From the NCBI RefSeq assembly GCF_006345805.1, contig NC_043001.1:86800001-86864000 (forward strand): a stretch of DNA of 64,000 nucleotides. Reading direction: 5' to 3'. Positions 50,810 to 61,492 of this stretch are shown in pieces. The stretch is from Octopus sinensis. Lineage: Eukaryota. Numbering within the stretch: position 1 is the first letter of the stretch; each line of letters starts with the position of its first letter. Below the pieces are notes generated by a model that saw nothing but the letters and a program-made list of their open reading frames with translations, ran no database searches and had not been told where the DNA came from. The translations under genes and the position numbers were made by a program.

Positions 50810-51725
50810 ACAAGTGGTTGTATGTGTATGCTTCATTATTGTTGATATATGTGTATGTGTGTATCTTTTACTTTTTTCAGTCATTGGACTGCTATTATCC
50901 TGGATTACTACCTTAATCTATCAGTGTCTTTTGCTGAACTGCTAAATTGTTTTTTTGGCATATACATATGCAAATACAGCAGGAATAGAGGTGATGTTAC
51001 ACTGTGTGGTTAAATATCAAGTGAGACAAATGAGTTAACTGACCTGACAGCATCAATAAAAACAGTAAAAACAAGAGAGAGATAGACTTCGATGTGATGA
51101 CTTGTGAATAGAAACATATCAATCAAGAGAACTGAGAAACTGTCAAGGTATAAAGACCTGACAAGACAGACATAAGTACAATGACACAAACCCTCCCCAC
51201 CACCAGACATTCAATTCAGTGATGTCTAAAATATAGCACAGGGCTGACAGCTCTGTAGAGTATAGTTACATACAATTCTGTTCACTTCTAAATTTTCTAT
51301 TACACATCACCATATGTCTATTCTCCATGCTAGCATGGGCCAGATGGAATATGTTGAGATTTTCTACTGCTGGATGCTCTTCCCATCACCAATCTTCACT
51401 TGCTGCCATATCCATAGCCAGACATACATGCTTTTCATGGATGAACATCTTTGCTTTTATGACAATAATACACATTTACAACCATTATGTGATATCTAGA
51501 CAATGATACACATATTTAACCAGCTTCTTTCAGTTCCCATCTACCAAATCCACTCACAAGGCTTTGATTGATCCAGGGCTATATTAAAAGACAGCTTCAT
51601 AAAGTGTTCTGCAGTGTTTGAAACCAAGACCACATGGTAGGGAAGTAAGCTTAACCACAGAGCCATGTCTAAACAAAAGTCTTGCACTGTAGCACCAGAA
51701 CAGTCAAAACCTTGTGAGTGGAATT

Positions 51726-51921
51726 TTTTCTTCTTCTTGTCTCGAGAGAGCATTCACCCAGGGTGGGTTGAGCTGGCTTCATTCATTCTCAATGCAGCAT
51801 CTCTCACAAACGCCAACCAGGCCTGGGCAATTTGAGGCTGACGACCGCGTGATCTCCAACCACTCCCTATTCCATCAGCGAATGCCGTAGACATGGGGGC
51901 CTAGGTTGGGTTCCAGATCAG
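51726..51921 (-). mobile_element. 5'-truncated RTE-clade LINE 3' end with (GAA)n tail, inserted in a family-A SINE
   Basis: 16-bp TSD CCTTGTGAGTG(G/A)AATT at 51710-51725 and 51922-51937; LGPHVYGIR*WNREW ... QAWLAFVRDAALRMNEASSTHPG* resembles RTE C-termini. Confidence 0.75.
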
Positions 51922-53737
51922 CCTTGTGAGTGAAATTGGTAGACAGAAACTGAAAGAAGCCTGTCGTGTGTGTATATATGTACATGTCTGTCATCATCAT
52001 CATTCAATGTCCATTGTCCATGCTAACATGGGTTGGATGGTTTGACATGGAACTGGCCAGTCAGGGAGCTGTCCTGTCTCCATTTGTCTGTTGTGGCATG
52101 GTTTCTACAGCAGTATTTTTTCAGTTTGACATCATCCCTACTGCTAACACTAAACTCTAATGTGAAAGTGACATTTGTTGCTCAAGCAGACTTATACAAA
52201 CAATTAAACTTTGCCTGCAGAAAATTGACGAATGTCAAAAGAAATACAAAGGAACTGGAGACAAACATTGCAACTTGATACCACACCTCAAATTTTAGTT
52301 TCAAATACTAACTTAATAATTACAAAATCTTTTTACTAAATTCATTGCAGCATATTTCAATAGAAACATGGTAACAAAAAGAGTTTTAAAAATACATTAG
52401 CGTACAGAAAGACTTCCTATTATTTTTGTCAATTTTTCTGTGCTGACAATATAGCAGCCATCTATCACTCACTTTCTACAGCAGATCTGTTTTTACATTT
52501 GAAGGTGTATACAATCCAGCAACATACTATTCTGTTGAGGTTTTGGGTGACTGTTTTATGATTAATCATAACAACCATAGTTTTTCTTTTGTCCTCATTA
52601 GTTTCAGTCTGAATATGCAAGACAAATCAAAACAGACAGACACATATACACATTGAGAGAGATTGTCTTCTTTCCTAGGTTCACAGTTTCCCATCCCAAC
52701 ACAGAAAACTGAGGATTCTGTTAGGAAAATAAAGAAATATGAAAAGCACAAACAGGCACAGGAGTGGCTGTGTGGTAAATAGCTTGCTTACCAACCACAT
52801 AGCTCCCGGTTCAGTCCCACTGTGTGGTACCTTGGGCAAGTGTCTTCTACTATAGCTTTGGGCCGACCAAAACTTTGTGAGTGGATTTGATAGACGGAAA
52901 CTGAAAGAAGCCCATCGTATATATGTATAAGTATATATATGTGTCTGTGTTTGTCCCCGCTAACATCGCTTGACAACTGATGCTACTGTGTTTACGTCCC
53001 CGTAACTTAGCGGTTCAGCAAAAGAGACCAATAGAATAAGTACTAGGCTTACAAAGAATAAGTCCTGGAGTCGATTTCCTCAACTAAAGGCGGTGCTCCA
53101 GCATGGCCGCAGTCAAATGACAAACAAGTAAAAGAGTAAATATATTTAAGTAAACACTTAATATTAAACTCTTCAGTGGTTTAAATCACGAGGCCAGACT
53201 TTACAATGAGACCCAGTGGTAGTTATTCTATGAATCTCAATTAATCTACTCAAGAGATAACCCCATGGACTTGATATGGGTCATATAAGAAAGCACACCC
53301 AACTACAATATAAGAACATTTTCAAACCAAGTTCAATATGTGAAGATAAAAAGAAAAGAAAATCTTGAATAAATAAAACCACCGATCTACTCTAGCATTG
53401 ATTTTAAAATGGAATATAAGTGATGGTAGTTAAAAGAGTGATAAGTCTAAAACAGTGCTAATCAACTTTTTTTTTTGTTCACTGTTCCTTCCTCAAAAAT
53501 GTGAACCCCACCATGAATGGACAAAGTAAATAATCCTTTACTCTTTTACATGTTTCAGTCACTGAACTGCAACCATGCTGAGGCACCAGTTTGAAGGGTT
53601 TAGTCAATCAAGTTGATTCCAGTTTTTGTTTTTTTAAAGTCCATTTCTTATTATGGAAGTTTCTTTTGCCAAACTGTTAATTTACAGGCACATAAATGAA
53701 CCAATACCAGTTGTCAAGTATGGGTTGGAGGAACAAA

Positions 53738-54110
53738 TACACACACAGTTTCCACAAAACACACACACAGTGTCCACAAAACACACACACACAGTTTCCA
53801 CAAAACACACACACACAGTTTCCACAAAACACACACACACAGTTTCCACAAAACACACACACACAGTTTCCACAAAACACACACACACAGTTTCCACAAA
53901 ACACACACACAGTTTCCACAAAACACACACACACAATTTCCACAAAACACACACACACAGCTTCCACAAAACACACACACACAGTTTCCACAAAACACAC
54001 ACACAGTTTCCACAAAACATACACACACACAGTTTCCACAAAACATACACACACACAGTTTCCACAAAACATACACACACAGAGTTTCCAAAAAACACGC
54101 ACACAGAGTT
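53738..54110. repeat. Minisatellite, ~15 copies of AGTTTCCACAAA(AC)n (22-26 bp), expanded inside a SINE
   Basis: Directly visible; flanks are minus-orientation SINE sequence, which resumes at agttgccatctaccaaattc. Confidence 0.9.
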
Positions 54111-55723
54111 GCCATCTACCAAATTCCCTCAAAGCATCGGTCAGCCCAGAAAATTCAGCCAGCCTGCAGAGAAGAGATGTAAAACGATCATCATCATCAT
54201 GATCATGACCACAACGACGACGATGTTGATGACAACTTAATTATCCTATGTTTACAAAAGTATAAAATGTTTGATTTACTTCATAATGAATTTTTTTTTT
54301 GCTAAGCAAAGAACAAAAAAACATTTATCTTGCATGATCTAATGATGTCAGGGAAAGGAAATAACAAAATATCAGATAAAAAAAATCAAAACAAACAAAT
54401 TGTCACCAGAAAAAAAAAAAAGCAAAATCAAATGTTCCAGTTCTTATGTAAAAACAAATATTCATTAATGCTCTCTAACAAGAACAGATACACACACAAC
54501 ACAGAAAAGACTGCCTTACAATTTCCCTTGCTTTGTAGTTTGGCAATCTGACAAACTGTTTCAAATAATATATATAAATAACCATCATAATCATCATTAC
54601 AACAACAATACTAAATAGATGTAGCTAAACTAATAACATCTAACTTATGTTAGATGCAACCATCAGTCAACATTCTACTCAATTCTTTAGCAGATTACTT
54701 TTCACTATAAGAACACCTACACAATCTTGTTTTTACTCATGGTGGTTGTTTATCATTCAGGCTTGAAAATTATCACTAGAAGTTGGCTGATGGGGCATTT
54801 CATTTGAAAACAGAAAAGTCTTAGTTCAAAATTCTAGTTCCACCCACTCAGTAATTGTTGGCAAAGAGAATAAAACTTCTGCAGTAAACAAATTACAGAT
54901 TCATAGGATTTCTTGCCGTTGTATTTCTCTATCTATCTATTGCTTTCTTTTAATAATTCATTCTATTTTGGCACAAGGCTAGCAATTTTGAGAGGAGGTG
55001 GATGTCAGTTACATGACTCCAGTTTTCAACTCATATTTATTTCATTGACCTCTAAAGGATGAACAGAAAATTCAACCTCAACAGCATTTGAACTCCAAAC
55101 AAAGCCAGAAGTACTACTCTGCATTTTATCCAATATGCTAACAATTCCGCCAGCTCACAACTCTAATAACAATAATCCTTCCTACTAAAAGCATAAGAAT
55201 TGGAATTTTGTAGGAGGGACTAGTCAATTGCACTGACCCCAGCGTTCAACTAATACTTATGTTGTCAACCTTGAAGGGATGAAAAGCAAAGTTTCTTGAA
55301 CAATATAGTGTAGTGGATGTGAGATAAATGTACATGGATAGCACAACACTAAGGCAGCCAACTCACCAACAAGATATCTGACACTTAAGCCCCAAAGCTA
55401 AGTAACCTGAAGTATGTGAAATTAAATTTACAGTCCAGAAACATGACAATATTTACAGGGAGGGATTCTAACACAAAGACCTATGGAGCTTGGAGTGCAA
55501 TAACTTATTTCACTCAGACATTATGCTTCAGATCTATTCACAAGAACCACTTCCAAGTGAAAAACAGGAAGCAAACATACTACTGTAGAGTCACACTGGT
55601 GCTAACCCATCATGATATATTAGGCAACTATTACAAAAATTTCACGCTTTGATACAAACTTTTCTTACCTATTTCAACAATCCTCAACCATAACTCCCCG
55701 AACGCAAAACTCTCATAATTCCT

Positions 55724-55964
55724 AGCTAGTGGTTCCCAGGAAGCTGCAGTTTCCTGGATCTGCTGTTGAATCAGCCTCCACTATTGACTCCACCTTCTTT
55801 CTAGCTGGCATTCAGATTACTCTGTCAAATATAATGCTTATTTATTCAAATTGTTCTCAATAATCATGTATTATCTTGTAGTGAAAGAAAGAAGGTAGAG
55901 TCAATAGTGGAGGCTGATTCAACAGCAGATCCAGGAAACTGCAGCTTCCTGGGAACCACTAGCT
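55724..55964. repeat. 79-bp inverted repeat (arms 55724-55802 and 55886-55964, 1 mismatch, 83-nt loop) overlapping an 82-bp direct repeat (55801-55882, 55959-56040); third arm copy ~56795-56875
   Basis: Base-by-base comparison; CTAGCT at all three junctions (55722, 55801, 55959). Confidence 0.92.
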
Positions 55965-58763
55965 GGCATTCAGATTACTCTGTCAAATATAATGCTTATT
56001 TGCTCAAATTGTTCTCAATAATCATGTATTATCTTGTAGTTTCAAGACTTTGATGATATGACTACATATTTTTAGAATGATATTGTAGAGTAGGTGTGAG
56101 AGATGGGATCTGGCTGATTTGAGTGTAAAACAGGTAGAATATTTGCATTGGAAATGGTCAGTTTAAATGCTAAAAGGTTAAACATTTTGGAAACCTCACA
56201 AAAAAGACAAAACAAAAAAAAAATGAATAAATACATTTGGACAAGTTGACTCATCCAACACTATCAAACGAAAACAAATACTTCTTATAACATTAATAAC
56301 AATAGTTTTGCATGCACTGCTCAACAGAAGCAGGTGATCGATAAAGGCTCGCTCACAGAAAAAAAGAAATGGGATATATTATAAGGAGTACATTCAGAAA
56401 TAGCAGGGAAGAAAATAATGTGCCTGTTTGGGAGAGAGTGCATGGAAGTATAAGGTGAGAAGCAAGGTGAGTTTGGTGCACAACACACCTGTCCACAGAC
56501 TGGTTGCTATTAGGATGATGGAATACAATAGCACAATCACAGATATAAGTAGTTTTGTTGACTATTGACTTTATAAGCCAATATGGGCAGAGAAGGCTCA
56601 TGAAATAGCATGGCAAAAAAGTGGGGATCTGTATGATCATAACAAAGGAAGAACACAATGCTATCCCAGAAATGTGTATCATTGTGATTGTAATTGAACA
56701 GGTGGTCAGAGAAGAATGCCTAATTAGTGTGTGTGTGTGGCTAAAAGCCACCTAAAGGCTTTCTTTTCAGAGGAACTGGGAAATCAGGGGAAGAAAGGTG
56801 GAGTCAATAGTGAAGGCTGATTCAACAGCAGGTCCAGGAAACTGCAGCTTCCTGGGAACCACAAGCTGCAGTGCCAAGGATAAAAGGAAAAAAAAAATTA
56901 CCTTATCTTAGATGTCAGGAGCTGACAATCAGGAGACTGAAGGATCTCCTTCAAACAATACCACACCATCATTTAGCAATGATGGGGAAAACTGAGGAGT
57001 GGATGGGGTGGAAAATAATAGAGACACTGAGGATAAAGAGAAAATAAACCTACATTGAAGGCATGTAAAACACAGTTCATTGAACAGCCAACAAAGGATT
57101 AATGAATGTATTGAATGAACTAACAACAGAAATAGGAAACAATGCAATGATTGAGAATCGAATAAGCTCCAAATTTGTAGAACATTCTGAGCTCAAATTC
57201 CGCCAAGGCTGACTTCACCTTTCATCCTTTCAGGGTCAATAAAATAAGAACCAGTTGAAGACTGGGGTCCATGTAATTGACTCATCCCCTCCCCCAAAAT
57301 TGCTACCCTTGTGTCAAAGTTTGAAACCATTATTATTACCATGAGCTGGCAGAATCACTAGCATGCCAGATGATATGCTTAGTTGTATTTCATCTGTTTT
57401 TACATTCTGAAATCAAAATCTGCTGAGGTGGACTTGGCTTTTCATCCTTTTGGAATCAATAGAATAAGAACCAGTTGTACACTGGGGTTGATATAATTGA
57501 CTAGTCTCCTCACCAAAAATTTCAGGCCTCATGCCTATTGTAGAAAGGATTATTATTATTATTATAAAAGAGAACGGACAGCTATCACATGAAAAGTTGG
57601 ATTTTACCACAATTTATCTAATGAAGGAAAAGACTTATTTTTCTTTATTTTATAAATCAAGAAATTCTGGAACTTTTGGACATTTACCCTTTTACCTGGG
57701 ATAGAAGAAAGTACTGTCTTTTGGATGGATATACTTATTTTTTATTCTTTATTTATTCTTATTTTTGTTTCAGTCATTTGACTGTACCCATGCTGGAGCA
57801 CCATCTTTAGTTGAACAAATTGACCCCAGGACTTAGTCTTTGTAAGCCTAGTACTTATTCTAACAGTCTCTTTTGTCAGTTGTCGGAGGACAAACATATA
57901 CAAACACACACACACACACACACATACATACAATGGGCTTCTTTCAGTTTCCATCTATCAAATTCACTCACAAGGCCTTGGTCAGCCCAAGGCTATAATA
58001 GAAGACACTTGACCAAGGTGCCACGCAGTGGGACTGAACTCAGAACCATATGGTTGGTAAGCAAGCTACTTACCACACAGCCACTCCTGCACCTATTTAT
58101 TTATTTTTTTAGAAATTGCTGTGTATTAATTGTTTAAGATGGTTTCTTCTGGGGTAGCAGTAAGAGGTGCTAGTTATAAGTGTGAAACAAACAAATGATA
58201 CACTTAGAAGAATTTTAATAAAAAATCTTTTAAATAACAAAGTTTGAAAAAACAAAACAATTATAAATAGAGATAATAATTTGAAACATACACAGAAAAA
58301 ATAAAGTCACTTCCACAAAAACTTTTACAAACAGACTCACTCACACACCATGAGGTACATAAGTGTTAAAAACAGAAAGAAAACCATTTTGCTAGTATTA
58401 CAAGTGGCAGAGAGAAAATTGAACACAAGCCAACTCCCAAACACAAAAAGTATAGGATAGGTAAGTTACAGGGGATAAAGTGCTCTTGCTTGGGGAAATT
58501 AATATCCAAGGAGAGAGAGCAGTATAACTCTGTGTAGCTCAAAACTGAGGCTTCTATATGTCCACAAAAGAACAGTTGAAAGAGACCCAGACTTGTATGC
58601 TTTCTTGAGTGATAGAACAACATACAGGCCATGTGCATGGTTCTCAAGACAAAGGAAGAAACAAGATGACAAGAAGAGAATTAAAGTATTGATGATGATG
58701 ATGTAATTGTATTCATGAAAATATTATATTTGTATATATTCATCTAGAAGGTAATGAATATGA

Positions 58764-59095
58764 AGGCACATGGCTCAGTGGTTAGAGCGTCGAGCTTACG
58801 ATCGCGAGGTTGTGAGTTCGAATCCAGAACCGGGCTGTGTGTTGTGTTCTTGAGCAAGACACTTTATTTCACATTTCTCCAGTTCACTCAGCTATAGAAA
58901 TGAGTTGCGATGTCACTGGTGCCAAGCTGTATCGGCCTTTGCCTTTCCCTTGGATAACACTGGTGGCATGAAGAGGGGAGACCGGTATGCATAGGCGACT
59001 GCTGGTCTTCCACAAACAACCTTGCCTAGACTTGTGCCTCGGAGACTAACTTTCTAGGTGCAATCCCTTGGTCAGTCATGACCGAAGAGGGTCTC
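58764..59095 (+). repeat. tRNA-derived SINE with intact A box (TGGCTCAGTGG) and B box (GAGTTCGAATCC)
   Basis: The tRNA-like head is followed by 'ttcttgagcaagacactttatttcac' core and ~250 bp of body; no tRNA acceptor stem closure. Confidence 0.8.
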
Positions 59096-60063
59096 AGTAT
59101 TTAGAAGGTGAGCTAGCAGAACCGTTAACATATAGGACAAAATGCTTAGCAGCATTTCTTCTAACACTTTCTGAGTTCAAATCCCGTGGTCAACTTTGTC
59201 TTTTGTCCCTTTAGGGTTGATAAAACATAATATCAGTCAAGTGCTAGGGTTGATATAATCGACTTGTCTGTCTCCCCACCACTCAAATTACCGGCCTTGA
59301 TCGCTGCTACAGACCAGTATCCCATTTCAGAGTGCTGGTCCATTGCAGGGGTCCACTGATAACTTACATGCCATGGAAACTGAGTAACCAATCTTCAAGT
59401 ATTCAAGACAAAAATATATATATAACAAATTCAAATGGACCCATACAAACATGGGAAAGGGGTCATTAAAACAATGACGATGATGATATATTTGCATGAA
59501 TTCATTTGTTTGTGTTTATCTCACAATTTCTAATATAGTGTATCATATATTACACAATATGTCTATTTTAATATAATGTATAATATTTTTACTTCACCCC
59601 TCACTCTAAAAAAAAAAAAGAAAAATGTAAATATCCTCACATGCCTTCTAACTCCATTGCAACATATTAAATGAAAAGGCTCCGGTGGCAAATAAAACAA
59701 ACAGATTATTATTATTATTGATATTATTAATATTATTATTATTATTATAACAAATAGTTGTAGTAATATCAGTTAGCAGTAGTAATATCAATGTCACAAT
59801 CTATGAATTCTCCTGCACTACATTCCTGGCAATAACATTAATTCCTCTTTAGCAATTCCATTAAAATGTAACTATGGCTGGAATGTGAAAATATTGTAAG
59901 CAAGGTGTCAGATGCCTCAATATGTAAACTTGACCATCCAATTATTTTGGCAGAATCAATAGAACTTTAAACAAAACATTTTGTGGTATTTTGGTTACAT
60001 TCTTTATAAACCAATTTCAAATCTCACCCACACACACGAGAGTCTGTAAGCAATGAAATTTAA

Positions 60064-60281
60064 CCTTTTTGATACCAACCTGCCCGCCTGAGACCGCCCT
60101 TAGTCTTATGATATAAACTTATTTTAATGAAATTTAAATTAAAACCTTCCATCAAAATTTCATGTCATGTTCCAAATACCAGCTTAACAATAACAAACTT
60201 ATTGTCAAAATTCTGTGTAACTTGGCAAAATTCATTGAAATAAAAGTAGTGTATTTCAACAGAAATTTGGTAACAAAGAGG
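60064..60281. mobile_element. Second TTAA MITE family (piggyBac-like), 218 bp
   Basis: TTAA (60060-60063) CCTTTTTGATACCA ... TGGTAACAAAGAGG TTAA (60282-60285); TIR 12/14. Confidence 0.7.
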
Positions 60282-60782
60282 TTAAGAACTAGTCAACAAA
60301 ATAAGTAGGGCAGGCTGATGTAAATTGACTGTGCATTTGATTACCAGTGCCCTAATATGGCCACATTCCCAGGGCTGTAACCAGTAAAAGAAAAATATAC
60401 CTAGACCTATCCTATCAAATAAGTGCCAATAGCCAGCGTTAACTACTTGACCAAAAGGGCACCCTGTCGCAACCCACAGCTAGACAGCAAAGTAAGGTAA
60501 GACTCCAACTAGCAGAAATAAGCCAGCAATGGCATGCTGAGGTGTTCATCCAGCAGTAGATAGTCAACAGCTGAAGGGAATGGATTTTCCTTTTTAAAAA
60601 TACAGCGGGGTACAACGAGGGAATTTTAACTTGGTGTAGCTATGTAAGGAGCTTGCTTCCCAACCACAAGATTTGGGGTTCAGTCCCACTGCAGGGCAGC
60701 TTGAGCAAGTGTCTTCTTCTATAGCCTCAGGTTGATCCAAGCCTTGTGAATGGATTTGGAAGATGAAAACCGAAAGAAGCTC

Positions 60783-60824
<42 letters not shown>

Positions 60825-61187
60825 ACATATATCTGTGTATGTATCTTTGTGTCTGTGTTTCTCCTCCCACCACTGCTTCACAACCAGTGTTGGTGTGTTT
60901 ATGTCCCTATAACTCAGCAGTTCAGCAAAAGAGACTGATAGAATAAGTAACAAGCTATTAAAAAGCAAGTTCCAAGGTCGATACATTCAGCTAAAAATTC
61001 TTCAAGGCGGTGTCCCTGCATGGCCGCAGTCTAATGACTGAAATAAGTAAAAGATAAAAGATTATATATCTAGCAGGTCATGGGAAAACAAAAATATAAC
61101 TTAGGCAGCTGATCAAGTGGTCGAGATTTGAGCACTTGATCAACTCTATTACTACAGTCCTTTGGCATTTAAACTGGTCCAAATATT

Positions 61188-61492
61188 TTTATGTTTGTTC
61201 CTTCTCAAGCCATGCCTGGCTCATAAGGGCCGGTTTCCCGGTTTCCTTGGCGTATAGGTTCCCCACCTGGACGGGACGCCGGTCCATCGCAGGTGAGCTG
61301 CAAGATGCAGGAAGAAAGAATGGGAAAAATTGGTGGCAAAAGAGTCAGCAGAAGTTCGCCATTACCTTCTGCCAAAGCTGCGTGGAGCTTAGGTGTTTTG
61401 CTCATAAACACACACATCATCCGGTCTGACATTTGAACCTGCAATCCCCCAACTGCGAGTTCGCTGCTCTACCCACTAGGCCATGTGCCTCC
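61188..61492 (-). repeat. tRNA-derived SINE inserted into a TTAA MITE
   Basis: 15-bp TSD ACTGGTCCAAATATT at 61173-61187 and 61493-61507; head gtggaggcacatggcctagtgggtagagc...ggttcaaatg on the minus strand. Confidence 0.85.

Noticed and set aside
53653-54240. His/Thr- or Cys-rich repetitive ORFs and a CRISPR-like look
   Set aside because: Minisatellite inside a SINE; the 'spacers' are only (AC)n of variable length.
58764-58830. tRNA gene
   Set aside because: A and B boxes are present but there is no acceptor stem or terminator; it continues into a SINE body.
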